From positions 1-44,380 of the IMG/VR virus record IMGVR_UViG_3300044983_000113: DNA of 44,380 nt. One strand, written 5' to 3'. The notes below the pieces were generated by a model that searched no databases, was not told the origin of the DNA, and saw only the letters and a list, made by a program, of their open reading frames with translations. Both the position numbers and the translations under genes were made by a program. Shown here piece by piece: positions 8,793-18,232 of the stretch. This stretch comes from a virus (taxonomy: Duplodnaviria; Caudoviricetes). How positions within the stretch are numbered: the first letter of the stretch is position 1; every line of letters begins with the position of its first letter.

Positions 8793-10684
8793 CACGGCGT
8801 CTCCCACGCCCGGCCATTCCACTTGGCTTTGCCCTTCGGCAACTCATAAGTCTTTCCAATCACGCGCTTTTCTGGCGGCGGGATCGGAGGCGCGTTGACC
8901 GTCTCCACGCCAGTGATCGTCGTGCCCGGTGCCGTCAGGTTGATGCTCTTTTTTTCGGCCTGGATCTGTTTCTCGAATCCCTGCGCTTCCGACATCGACA
9001 CATGATACTTCGGCACGAGCTTGCCGATGAAGTTCGGGCTGCTCGGGTCATAGATTTGATGCGGGTCCTTGCCCTGCTTGCGCAAATCTTCTTCCTGCCG
9101 ACGCGCCTCCATCTCGAATGCGTACATGCGCTGCGAGCCCAGCGCCGAGTGCCCACCGAAGTCCATCGCGCCGTCGACCGACGCCGCGAAGCGCTTGAAG
9201 AATTCGCCGCGATCCTTTTCCAGCCGCGCGCCTTGTGGCGTGCGCGCGCTGGCAAATTCTCCGTTGAGGAATGTGAAGTCGGCGCGCGACAGCTTGCCGG
9301 CGCCGTAAGCCTCATAGATCGCCGTGTTGTCGGTCAGCCGCGTCTCGTCGGTCGCGCGCATCCGATTGAGCAGGTCCATCGTCGTGTTATGGCTCACGCG
9401 CGCTAGCGGCTCCGGCTTGTTGAGCTTATCCGTCAATATCTCGCCGTTGCGCACCATCTGGGCGAGCCGGCCGGGCTCGAGCGCGGCGCCGGGATGCGTC
9501 GCAAGCTCGCGCATCGTGGACCAGTAGTTATCCGGCAGCCGCGGCGGATCGCCCGCGTTCTGCGGCATGGTCGAGGCTTCAAGCGCATTGACCTTGACGT
9601 GAAAATCATTCTTCAGGTCATAGTCACGCTGCACGCGCGCCGCGCGGTTCTCCGACTCGTTCAGGCGCTGATAGTACTTCGCCGCCTGCGCGAGTTGCTT
9701 GAGCTCGGCGCCGTCCACATAGGGCGCATATTTCGGATCGCTCACCCACGGCGGCACCGTGCCGGTCTTTTCGATGTAGCCGAGCGCGGCCGACTTGATG
9801 ATCGACTCCTTGCCGCGCTGCAAAATCTCCGAGCGCGCGCGCGCCGCGTCATGCGCGTTCAGGTTCGGGCTCGACGCCAGCACGCCCTCGGTGCCGCTCT
9901 CCATCGCGGCTAGCGAGAAATCAAGGCTCGACGGGTCCGAGCGCACCGTGTTCGAGAGCGAGTTGACCGTCTGCCGCTGGTTGACGACCGCAGCATGTCC
10001 CGCCATCGTGGACATGTCGGCCGTCGTCTTTTCGGTGAAGTGCTTGCGCAGCGCGTCGACATGCGCCGTGGCCCACTGCTGGCCCTTCTCGGTGTAGAAT
10101 CCGGTTTCGCTGAATCTTTGCAGTTCCGGCTCGACGCTTTGCGCCATGAACCGCTGCGCGACAGTCGGATCGTTCGGATCGGCGTTCTTGACCGTGTTGT
10201 TCCACTCGGCGGTCTTCGCCGCCAGCATATTCGAGTAGGCGACCTGGCCCTGAATGATCTGCTGGTGATCGAGATACCGGACGGCCTCATTGCCAGCGGC
10301 CTCGATGGCGCTGCCGAACTGGCGTCCGGTCGCAGTGAGCAGGTGCCCCTTGAAATCGCCGAGTTGTCCGGTCTCGCGGCCGAGTTGCTGTGTCTCACTG
10401 CCGAGCTTTCCGGTCTCGCTGCCGAGCCGCTGCGTTTCGCGGCCAAGCCCCTTCGTCTCGCTGCCGAGCCGCTCGGTCTCGCGCCCAAGTCCCCGCGTCT
10501 CGCCGCCGAGCTTCTCGGTCTCGCGGCCGAGCCGATCCGTCTCGCGCGCGAGCGTCTCGGTCGCGCCGGCCTGCTGGTTGTAGAACGTTCCGATGCGGCG
10601 CGCGGTCGCGGCGCGCGCTTCAACGCCTGTCTCGGTCGGCCTCAACCCGATGTCGCCGGCGTCGAATGGCTTGAGCTGCGGCAT
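8792..10684 (-). CDS. internal virion/ejection protein (gp15 position) with heptad repeat
   Basis: 630 aa; synteny; ETxxLG(R/S/G) repeats near the N-terminus. Confidence 0.7.
   Translation of the reverse strand: MPQLKPFDAGDIGLRPTETGVEARAATARRIGTFYNQQAGATETLARETDRLGRETEKLGGETRGLGRETERLGSETKGLGRETQRLGSETGKLGSETQQLGRETGQLGDFKGHLLTATGRQFGSAIEAAGNEAVRYLDHQQIIQGQVAYSNMLAAKTAEWNNTVKNADPNDPTVAQRFMAQSVEPELQRFSETGFYTEKGQQWATAHVDALRKHFTEKTTADMSTMAGHAAVVNQRQTVNSLSNTVRSDPSSLDFSLAAMESGTEGVLASSPNLNAHDAARARSEILQRGKESIIKSAALGYIEKTGTVPPWVSDPKYAPYVDGAELKQLAQAAKYYQRLNESENRAARVQRDYDLKNDFHVKVNALEASTMPQNAGDPPRLPDNYWSTMRELATHPGAALEPGRLAQMVRNGEILTDKLNKPEPLARVSHNTTMDLLNRMRATDETRLTDNTAIYEAYGAGKLSRADFTFLNGEFASARTPQGARLEKDRGEFFKRFAASVDGAMDFGGHSALGSQRMYAFEMEARRQEEDLRKQGKDPHQIYDPSSPNFIGKLVPKYHVSMSEAQGFEKQIQAEKKSINLTAPGTTITGVETVNAPPIPPPEKRVIGKTYELPKGKAKWNGRAWETP
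10364..10564 (-). repeat. coding 21-bp tandem repeat (9 x ETxxLGx)
   Basis: ETDRLGR ETEKLGG ETRGLGR ETERLGS ETKGLGR ETQRLGS ETGKLGS ETQQLGR ETGQLGD. Confidence 0.9.
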
Positions 10685-10697
10685 CAGGAATCCTCAC

Positions 10698-11717
10698 TCA
10701 TGGAGAGGCTCCCCCGCCCTCTGATCCGCCCATCGCGCCGATCGCGGGTAACGCCAACAGGCTCGCCCCGCCGGTGAATGGCGCGAGACCTATCGATGCG
10801 ATGGCGGCGACACCCTTGATCGCGCTGGAAATGAAGCTGCCGGTGGCGGCCTCCTTGCCGGCCGAAATCGTTCCCTGCGCCAGAATGTCGGTTTGAGTGG
10901 CGAGGCGCTCCTGGCCCATCGCGATCTCGTCGGTGCGGTTGGCGATGTCCATCTCCCGATTGGCGATCAGGTCGGTGCGGTTGGCGATGTCCATCTGCCG
11001 GCCCGCAATCAGATCGGTGCGGTCGGCGAGGCCCATCTGGCGGCCCGCAATGATGTCGGTGCGATCGGCAATCGCGTACTCGCCCGCTGCGGTCGCGCGG
11101 CCCGCCGCCGCCATCGTCTCGTAGGATTTCGCCTGCTCCTCGAAGCCGGCCTCAGTGATCCCGCCCTGCGCGATCAGGACGTTGCGTGCGAGCGCGCCTT
11201 GCGAAGCGCTGCTGGCGATCACGTCAAGCGCGCTGCCGCTCTGCGTGAGCCCGCCGCCCGCCACGCTGGCCTTGACGCCGCCGATGGTCTGCAAGACCTG
11301 GCGGTCCAGTTGCGACGTCTTGATCCGCGTGCTCGCCTCGGTGAAGGCAATGTTCTGTCGCGCGAGGCCGGCAGCGAGATCGTAGTTCGATGCTTCGGCG
11401 ATGTCGCCCGCCGCCTTAAGCCGCATGCTCTCCGCGGTCAGCCGCGTGCCTTCCGCTCCGATCCGCACGCCCTCCGCGCCGATCTTCGTCCCTTCGGCGC
11501 CTATCCGCGTTCCTTCCGCACCGATGCGCGTGCCTTCGGCACCGATCCGGGTGCCCTCGGCACCAATGCGCGTGCCCTGCGCCTGAAGGCGTAGCCCGCC
11601 CGCGCTGATGTTGAGGCCCTGCGCCTTCAGGCCCGCCTGTGTCGTCGCCGCGAACCCGGCAAACAGGTCGTTCACCGCTCCGCCGAGATTGGAAAATGTC
11701 GATGCGCTGAGTGCCAT
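10698..11717 (-). CDS. internal virion/ejection protein (gp14 position) with two repeat blocks
   Basis: Ala/Gly-rich, core AGGGLTQSGSALDV, hydrophobic C-terminus LAPFTGGASLLAL; directly after tail tubular B. Confidence 0.7.
   Translation of the reverse strand: MALSASTFSNLGGAVNDLFAGFAATTQAGLKAQGLNISAGGLRLQAQGTRIGAEGTRIGAEGTRIGAEGTRIGAEGTKIGAEGVRIGAEGTRLTAESMRLKAAGDIAEASNYDLAAGLARQNIAFTEASTRIKTSQLDRQVLQTIGGVKASVAGGGLTQSGSALDVIASSASQGALARNVLIAQGGITEAGFEEQAKSYETMAAAGRATAAGEYAIADRTDIIAGRQMGLADRTDLIAGRQMDIANRTDLIANREMDIANRTDEIAMGQERLATQTDILAQGTISAGKEAATGSFISSAIKGVAAIASIGLAPFTGGASLLALPAIGAMGGSEGGGASP
10880..11070 (-). repeat. coding 42-bp tandem repeat (4 x 14 aa plus partial)
   Basis: ADRTDIIAGRQMGL ADRTDLIAGRQMDI ANRTDLIANREMDI ANRTDEIAMGQERL ATQTD. 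Confidence 0.9.
11429..11577 (-). repeat. coding 21-bp tandem repeat (7 x GTRIGAE)
   Basis: GTRIGAE x4, GTKIGAE, GVRIGAE, GTRLTAE. Confidence 0.9.
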
Positions 11718-11719
11718 GG

Positions 11720-14296
11720 CTACACATCCTGCGTCTTGATGAACCCACCGATCGCGGTGAGCACGCACGGATAGGGCCGCGTGATCTGCCAGGACAGCCG
11801 CCCGTCAGTCGAATACTCGTCCGCGATCGTGTCGCGATGCACGCCAGAAAAGGTCTGCAGGATCGTCAGTTGCGTCCCGCCGCCGGTCCTGAAAACGATC
11901 GGGTGCATCGCGGTGAAGTTCGTCCCGATCCTGATGCTGCCCGACACGGCGGTCACGAGCTGGATCGCGAACCATTCGTGCCGCCGCGTCTTGCCGAACG
12001 CCGGGCCGATCCGCGCTCCGGTCTCAGCCGGCGCATTCGGCCGCAGCAACTGCCCCTGCGAGGTATAGGTGAAGCCGACCAGCGCCGCCTTGAATTCGAG
12101 ACTGGCGAAATAAGCCGGCGTGAGCAGTCCCCGCGCGGTGCCGTCGGGATCGACGCCGTTGCCCCAGGGCACCACGATCTTGCCACCCGATACCGTGTAG
12201 TCGCCGCAGTCGAGCCCGCCGATCCACGCCGAGACGTTCTTGCCCTCGAGATAATGGAACCCGTAGACGGTCAGCGCCGTGTCATCCTCCGTGTACGACG
12301 TCGACAGAAACGCATTGTCGAGAAACCAGGCGCCAGTAAGTGCCTTGGACTCGTCGAACATGTCGGTGAGCATCTCGACATGATGCGTACCTGTCGCCGC
12401 GTCGAATGTGACCATCATCAGGGTGTCGAGGTCTCCGTTGCGCGAACCGCTCTGACAGATCCTCGCGATCACGCGCCCGGAGCCGAGCACATGGCGGTGC
12501 CAGCCGGCAAACTGCGGACCCTGCGCCGAGTTCAGGTTCTCGCGCTTATAGGTCACGCCCTTGAGCGATCCGTCGGCCATGCGCGCCCACAGGATCGGCG
12601 CGAGCTCGCGCTGATACGCGATCTGGAGCACGCCGCTCGTCGTCAGGTGCTTTGCCGTATCGGTCAGGTTCGGCGCCGCGAGCCGGCCGCTGAAAACGTC
12701 GGGGAAATACTCCATCACCTTGCGGCCATAGCGCTGCACGAACACCACCGTCGCGCCTGCCTCGGCCGGCTCGATGTCGGCGCAGCCGATCTTGGTCACG
12801 CGGCGCGCCTGGACGCTCGTGGGCGTCAGCGGAAGATCGGCCGTGCTCGCGCGCACCAGCCATTCGCCGCCCTGCGAGCCGCACAGGAGGCCCTGCGGGT
12901 GGCTCAGCATCCAGAAGATCGGGTTGATGTCGTTGGCGGCAAACGTCGCCGAGATCGCATTCGCGTCCGTCACTGTGCCGTCCGACTCCGTCGGCGAGAA
13001 CAGGAATTTCTGCCCGGCCACACTGCTGTCGATCCGGTTCGGGATCACGCCGCCGAGCCAGAGCCGCCCTTCGTGATAGCACCCGAACGTCGGCCAGCCG
13101 AACGTGTTGCTATAGAGACCGAGTCTCCATTTCGTATAAACCGTGCCAGAAACGCGGTAGAGCGGTTGATTAGGGGGGCCGCTGAACACGCCGAAGAATG
13201 TCACCGGATCGGATATGGCGGTGATTGTCAGCATGTGCCAGCACGATGCCTGCGACGGCGCGACCGGCAGCCATGCCGTCGCATCCGTGCCGGGCGCCGG
13301 CGCGAGCGCCGGTCCGGCCGGGATATAGGACCAGAACGAGCCGTCGGTCGCCGTGACCAGCGTGTTCTTGGTGTAATTCGTCGCCGCATTGTAGGGCGGC
13401 GGCGTCGAATAGACGCGGACGTAGCGCCCGATGTCGGCCGTCACCAAGCCCGTGCCGCGCGCATCGGGATATGGTCCCTGGATGACGAAAACCTGGGTGA
13501 CGAGATCCGGCAGGATCGTGCCTGCGAGAAGCGTGGACTCGTTTGCATCGAGATAGGGGCCGTCGATAAAGTCCAAGACGCTGATCGAGAACGAGGCAAA
13601 TGTCGTTGGAGTCGGCTGCTCGACTATCTGAACCTGGCGAGGGTGAATCGTGGAACTGAGCAGGATCGCGGAGGTGTCGGCATTCACCAGCCGCAGCGAG
13701 TCGATCTGCGCGAAGGTGGCATAGGGTGTCGTGTATTGCTGCATGACGCGCACGACCGGGCTCGTCGGCGGGGAGCCGAGCGTGGACCCGTTGAACGGCG
13801 CGCTGGTGATCGAATCGGCGATGGTAAACGTGGTCGGGCTCACCACCGTGACGAGGAAAATGCGGTTGAAAAGCTGACCCCAATTATTGGTCCCGAGCCC
13901 ATCGATGAGCACGCTCTGCCCGGTAGTCATGCCGTGCGCCAGCGAGGTCGTGACCAGCGCCGGAGTAGCGCTCGAAATGCTCACTACCGGATTAACAAAA
14001 TTGGTAAATGCCAACGCCGAGCCGGCCCAAACCCGCATAACGTCCGGGGTGAATTCGAACGTGTAGGGAAAACGCTTCGCAAACTCGAACGTCAGCAGGT
14101 TCGCGAATACGCCGAGGCGCGTCGACCCGCAATGAAGCGTGCCCTGCCGCCGCACCCATGAGCCCGTCTCGATCGGATAGCCGTTGAGGCAGACGTTCAT
14201 CGCGGAGCGGTAGTCCGGCCGGTCCACCCGCCCCTGCATGAACGGCGACCACTCGCCGCCGAGAAATGATGCCTGAATATAATTTGCCTCACCCAT
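11720..14296 (-). CDS. tail tubular protein B / nozzle
   Basis: N-terminal QASFLGGEWSPFMQGRVD...GSWVRRQG, WPTFGCYHEGRLWLGG and AGWHRH motifs typical of podovirus nozzles. Confidence 0.85.
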   Translation of the reverse strand: MGEANYIQASFLGGEWSPFMQGRVDRPDYRSAMNVCLNGYPIETGSWVRRQGTLHCGSTRLGVFANLLTFEFAKRFPYTFEFTPDVMRVWAGSALAFTNFVNPVVSISSATPALVTTSLAHGMTTGQSVLIDGLGTNNWGQLFNRIFLVTVVSPTTFTIADSITSAPFNGSTLGSPPTSPVVRVMQQYTTPYATFAQIDSLRLVNADTSAILLSSTIHPRQVQIVEQPTPTTFASFSISVLDFIDGPYLDANESTLLAGTILPDLVTQVFVIQGPYPDARGTGLVTADIGRYVRVYSTPPPYNAATNYTKNTLVTATDGSFWSYIPAGPALAPAPGTDATAWLPVAPSQASCWHMLTITAISDPVTFFGVFSGPPNQPLYRVSGTVYTKWRLGLYSNTFGWPTFGCYHEGRLWLGGVIPNRIDSSVAGQKFLFSPTESDGTVTDANAISATFAANDINPIFWMLSHPQGLLCGSQGGEWLVRASTADLPLTPTSVQARRVTKIGCADIEPAEAGATVVFVQRYGRKVMEYFPDVFSGRLAAPNLTDTAKHLTTSGVLQIAYQRELAPILWARMADGSLKGVTYKRENLNSAQGPQFAGWHRHVLGSGRVIARICQSGSRNGDLDTLMMVTFDAATGTHHVEMLTDMFDESKALTGAWFLDNAFLSTSYTEDDTALTVYGFHYLEGKNVSAWIGGLDCGDYTVSGGKIVVPWGNGVDPDGTARGLLTPAYFASLEFKAALVGFTYTSQGQLLRPNAPAETGARIGPAFGKTRRHEWFAIQLVTAVSGSIRIGTNFTAMHPIVFRTGGGTQLTILQTFSGVHRDTIADEYSTDGRLSWQITRPYPCVLTAIGGFIKTQDV

Positions 14297-14299
14297 GGG

Positions 14300-15586
14300 C
14301 TAGGCTCGGCAGGCGATGAAGTCGTCCAGCGGAGGCTCGAACGGGCCGGTCTCGATCGCGTTGATCAGGCGCGCTTCGGACATGAAACCCCTGTAGAGCA
14401 TGCCGATGCTCTGCAGTTTCGAGTCCGACTGCGTGAGCGGCTCGCAGACCGCGAGCGCGACGCGCGCTGCCAGCCCCTCGCAGAACATCTCGTCCATCAT
14501 CGTGACGTCGGTAATGTCGGCGGCAAAGCGCAGCATGAGCGGGCCGGACTCGGCCGAGACGATGAACTTCGACTCGAACCGCCAGTCGTTGTTGGGAAGA
14601 TTTCCGGGCGCGCCCAGCCACGAAATCGATCCCGACTTTGGGTCGATCGGCGCCTGGCGCAGGAAGTTGCCGGGCAGCCAGAACACGTTGCGGTTCTGCG
14701 TCTGCACGTTCGGCCCGGTATTGATCGGATAGATGATCGGCAGCGGATTGAGCACCGCCGCGATCGGCATCCAGTTGAACGAGCCGACGCCCGAGGTGAT
14801 GACCGTCGTCCACGGATTGAGGTTGCCGGTGTTCTGCCACTTGGTGCCGTCGTCGATGCTCGGATCGTTTCCGATATTGCCGTTGATCAGCGAGGTGTAG
14901 ATGAAGCCGTCGGAGGCGCCGACCGAATTGCCGATCGCGTAGGTCGTGATGGCGGACCACAACGCCGGCGCCGCGCTCGGCGTATTGCCGGCGTTGAAGT
15001 CGATCAGGCTCTGATAGTTGACCGCGCTGTGAACGACGACCTGCGTCTTCCGATAGGTGACGGTTGCGTCGTAGGTCTTCACCGTGCGCGGATCGTCAGC
15101 ATTGTCGTTGATCAGCGATCGGTAGACCTGCGTCCGATGATTGGCCGCCACCGTGTAGACGAGATCGGAAACCGAATATGTTTCGCTGCTGCTGTAGAGA
15201 TCGGCGGTCAGCGGCCCGTAATAGGGCTCGAACAGGCTGCCGACGCCGGGCTGGCTATCGAGGTTGTTGCTCCAGACCGACGACCAGATCGAGCCGGTGA
15301 CGTCGGCGACGAGCTCGCCGAAGCCGTAGTTCGTCAGGCTTGACCAGAGCAGCGGATCGACGCGCGCCGTGGTCGGCGTGACCGCGCGCAGCCTCGCCTC
15401 GCGGATCGAGAACCGCCACACGTTGCGGCGCAGTTCGGCGCGGCGCAGCTTGTCGTAGACGAACGCCGTCTCGAGCGCCTGCTTGCTGTCTTCCTGAAAG
15501 CCGAGCGTGGCGTCGATGCGCGGGGCACCGCAATGCTGCAGCGCACGGTTGGCGATGTCGATCGGGGCATTGAAGGAAAGCGCCAT
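14300..15586 (-). CDS. tail tubular protein A / adaptor with inserted CBM-like repeats
   Basis: IDIANRALQHCGA...LRRAELRRNVWRFS and MDEMFCEGLAARVA...EARLINAIE motifs flank a ~230-aa insert. Confidence 0.85.
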   Translation of the reverse strand: MALSFNAPIDIANRALQHCGAPRIDATLGFQEDSKQALETAFVYDKLRRAELRRNVWRFSIREARLRAVTPTTARVDPLLWSSLTNYGFGELVADVTGSIWSSVWSNNLDSQPGVGSLFEPYYGPLTADLYSSSETYSVSDLVYTVAANHRTQVYRSLINDNADDPRTVKTYDATVTYRKTQVVVHSAVNYQSLIDFNAGNTPSAAPALWSAITTYAIGNSVGASDGFIYTSLINGNIGNDPSIDDGTKWQNTGNLNPWTTVITSGVGSFNWMPIAAVLNPLPIIYPINTGPNVQTQNRNVFWLPGNFLRQAPIDPKSGSISWLGAPGNLPNNDWRFESKFIVSAESGPLMLRFAADITDVTMMDEMFCEGLAARVALAVCEPLTQSDSKLQSIGMLYRGFMSEARLINAIETGPFEPPLDDFIACRA

Positions 15587-15620
15587 GGCGCCGGGACGAT
15601 GCGGACCGCCCTATGATGCC

Positions 15621-15630
15621 GCAACGCACC
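15621..15630 (-). promoter_or_regulatory. late promoter motif, copy 3
   Basis: GGTGCGTTGCGG-17nt-CATCGT, then 9 nt to the ATG. Confidence 0.75.
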
Positions 15631-15631
15631 C

Positions 15632-15931
15632 TTATTCGACGCCGGTGGGTATCCGGGTGATTTCGACGTAGTTGGCCGTGAACCCGGTAATCACCACGCG
15701 ATAGCTGCCGGGCGGCAGCGAGATGGTCTGCTGTCCGGCCACGGCCACGATCTGGGTGATGCGCCCCGTGTAGGTCGTGCCGTCCGGGCCGAGCTTCTGC
15801 AGGTCGATGGTGCCGGCGCCGGTCGATTTGGTCTCGATCCAGTAGCTGCCGCCACGCAGGGTGAACGTCGCCGTCGTCGACGGGGCGATGTTGGAAAAGA
15901 TGACCTGTTCTTGCCTGTTGAATATGGTCAT
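15632..15931 (-). CDS. putative virion structural protein (beta-rich)
   Basis: 99 aa, ATGA coupling, in the head operon. Confidence 0.75.
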   Translation of the reverse strand: MTIFNRQEQVIFSNIAPSTTATFTLRGGSYWIETKSTGAGTIDLQKLGPDGTTYTGRITQIVAVAGQQTISLPPGSYRVVITGFTANYVEITRIPTGVE

Positions 15932-16191
15932 GCCGGTGCCGCGATTGCCGCCCAGACGGTCGGGATCGGACCAGTATGGCCGTGGTTGCCGAGCAGAAGG
16001 TCGGCGGTGTTCGCCGCGGCATTGACCGCCGTGATGTAGGCCACATCGGCGTCGGCGATTGCCACCTTGTAGGCCGCATAGTTCGCCGCGACCCAGCCGT
16101 AGGTCGCGAAGGCGGAGGCATAGCTTGCCTGGCGCGTTGCGGCCGCCGTTGCGACGGCGTTCTGGAAGACGATTTCAGCGGCGAGTGCCAT
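15928..16191 (-). CDS. Ala-rich putative virion protein
   Basis: 87-aa ORF in the head operon. Confidence 0.7.
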   Translation of the reverse strand: MALAAEIVFQNAVATAAATRQASYASAFATYGWVAANYAAYKVAIADADVAYITAVNAAANTADLLLGNHGHTGPIPTVWAAIAAPA

Positions 16192-16195
16192 GGCG

Positions 16196-16417
16196 CTACC
16201 CTGCTACGTCGAACCCTGCGGCGACGACCTGTTGCTGGTTCTCGAAGAACCGCTCGAACGCCTCGATCGCCTTGAGCACCTCGACCTTCTTCGGCGTCAC
16301 GCCGTCGAGGATGCGGAGCTCGAACAGCGCGGTCGAGGCGGATGAAGTCCCGACGGTGAAGTCGGAATACTTGGTGCCTTCGACGCCGCGGGCGATTGCG
16401 ACAAAGTGATCGGCCAT
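16196..16417 (-). CDS. putative virion protein
   Basis: 73 aa, AGGAGAG RBS. Confidence 0.75.
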   Translation of the reverse strand: MADHFVAIARGVEGTKYSDFTVGTSSASTALFELRILDGVTPKKVEVLKAIEAFERFFENQQQVVAAGFDVAG

Positions 16418-16426
16418 AGTGCTCTC

Positions 16427-16711
16427 CTAGCTGACCCGCAGCGCCTGATCGAGCGCGGCGGCGAACGCCTGCTGGATCTTGCCCGGGGTGTTGATCGTCG
16501 CCCGGTCGTAGTAGACGACGAAGGCCGGCGCGAGCTGCGCCAGCACCGCCGTCTGGGCGTTGTTGACCGCCGTCACATGCGCCTGCGTCGGGCTCGCCCC
16601 GTCGGCCACCAGCGTGGCCAGCGCGGGAGTGAGGACCGCGATGGCCTCCTCCAGCGCGCCGAGCCCGCCGACGCTTGCACCGGCCGCAGCAGTGACCGTA
16701 AGACGCGCCAT
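16427..16711 (-). CDS. putative virion protein
   Basis: 94-aa ORF in the head operon. Confidence 0.7.
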   Translation of the reverse strand: MARLTVTAAAGASVGGLGALEEAIAVLTPALATLVADGASPTQAHVTAVNNAQTAVLAQLAPAFVVYYDRATINTPGKIQQAFAAALDQALRVS

Positions 16712-16714
16712 GGT

Positions 16715-17245
16715 TCAGTCCGTGTAATCGACGGTCATGCCCCACATCGCAGCGCCGGTCGTGATCGCGGTGCCGATCGTGCCGACGATGTCGAAGAACC
16801 CGCCCGGGTCCGCGGTGAGGCCGACGGCCTGCCACAGCGGCATGTTGCGCTTGTCGATGGTGTTCGTGCCGCTCTCGTTGACCACGTTGGTCGGCTGCGA
16901 CAGCGAGGTGACGGCAACCGCCGAGGCGAAGAAGTCCTGATCGATGGCGTTCGCGGCGAGCAGGGCGGTGGGCTTACCGCCCACGCCGTCGGTCGCGTAG
17001 TAGACGCCGATGTCGAGCGTGCCGGCCGCCTGCGCCTGCGACTCGAAATCGATCCGCTTGATCTTCGCGTTCGAAGGCACGCGCACGAACTGGTAGGTGG
17101 CGTCCTGCGAGCCCGAGGCGACCGTGGTGCAAAAGGCGGATACCGACTTGAGCGGCGCGGCCGCACCCTCTCCCGCCGTGTTCGACACGATCGGCGAGGC
17201 GTCGAGGTTGGTGACGACGAGCGATTTGACGTGATCGACTGCCAT
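16715..17245 (-). CDS. capsid cement/decoration protein
   Basis: Directly after the capsid gene; beta-rich (VRVPSNAKI, TLDIGVY, FDIVGT); AAGGAGG RBS. Confidence 0.65.
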   Translation of the reverse strand: MAVDHVKSLVVTNLDASPIVSNTAGEGAAAPLKSVSAFCTTVASGSQDATYQFVRVPSNAKIKRIDFESQAQAAGTLDIGVYYATDGVGGKPTALLAANAIDQDFFASAVAVTSLSQPTNVVNESGTNTIDKRNMPLWQAVGLTADPGGFFDIVGTIGTAITTGAAMWGMTVDYTD

Positions 17246-17257
17246 GGGGGGCCTCCT

Positions 17258-18196
17258 TTACGGCGTCACATCGGCTGCGGCCGAGGTGTCGGCGCAGAGA
17301 CATTGCAGAAGCCGCCCGGGCTCAAGTCGCGTCGCGCCCGAGGACATCATCGTGTAGATCTGGTAGGGCAGGCCCGAGAGGTCCTTGCGCCGGTCGACGT
17401 CGTTCTCGGTGTCCTTCCAGATGCCGAGGTAGAGGCCCGACTTCACGAGCGGGATGTTCATGCGGACGTTCGTCGTGGACTGGCCGAGGCGCTCCGAATA
17501 GACGATGTCGAAGCCGAGGAAGCGCGTGACACGGCCCTCCTGCAGCACCGGCCGGTCGGAAAACTCGGTCGAGACCACCTGCACCTGGTTGAGCAGATCG
17601 CTCTCGCCCTGGCTGTTCGTCACCCAGGTCATCGTCTCGGATTCGACGTCGACCTGCAGTTTGCGGAACGCGCGCTTGGCCTCGATCATCTTCGCAACGG
17701 TGAGGCCGGAGGCCGCCGCCGAGCCGAAGGTCGACGGGATCTGGAAGCCCGCGCTGGTGACGGTCGAGCCGGTGTTGAAGGTCTCCGGCGAGAGGCCGCC
17801 CACGTCCGTGCCGATCTGCGCGGTCGCGAAGGCGGCCAGGATCAAGCGGTCGTCCCATTCGCGCGCGACGGCCGCGGCGGCAACGTCGGAATACTGCGAC
17901 GTCGGCTCGATCGCGGTCTTGAGCTTATCGAACGTGTCGATGAGCTGGTTGGCGTCCTTGTCGACCGGGAACACCCAGCGCCGGGTGAAATCGACGTCCT
18001 GACGGCCGATCGGGGCAAAGCGGCCCTGCGGCGTCTTCATCTGGATCGCGCCGATGTACTGCACCGGCGAGGCCTGTTTGCCGACGTGCTGACCCTCCAT
18101 CACGCGGCCGCGCAGCTTCGACTGGCGCTGCTGCAGCTTGACCGCGAGCACGGTGGAGAATTGCGTCGTGAAAAGTTTGGGCAGATTCTCGGACAT
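17258..18196 (-). CDS. major capsid protein
   Basis: QFSTVLAVKLQQRQSKLR, DFTRRWV, LIDTFDKLKT, FLGFDIV, YTMMSSGATRLE; position after the scaffold. Confidence 0.9.
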   Translation of the reverse strand: MSENLPKLFTTQFSTVLAVKLQQRQSKLRGRVMEGQHVGKQASPVQYIGAIQMKTPQGRFAPIGRQDVDFTRRWVFPVDKDANQLIDTFDKLKTAIEPTSQYSDVAAAAVAREWDDRLILAAFATAQIGTDVGGLSPETFNTGSTVTSAGFQIPSTFGSAAASGLTVAKMIEAKRAFRKLQVDVESETMTWVTNSQGESDLLNQVQVVSTEFSDRPVLQEGRVTRFLGFDIVYSERLGQSTTNVRMNIPLVKSGLYLGIWKDTENDVDRRKDLSGLPYQIYTMMSSGATRLEPGRLLQCLCADTSAAADVTP

Positions 18197-18232
18197 GGCT
18201 ATCCCGCCGATTGAGGTGGACCGAACGTCAGC

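Noticed and set aside
10364-11577. CRISPR array
   Set aside because: The repeats are in-frame, degenerate at synonymous positions and have no unique spacers; no cas genes are present.
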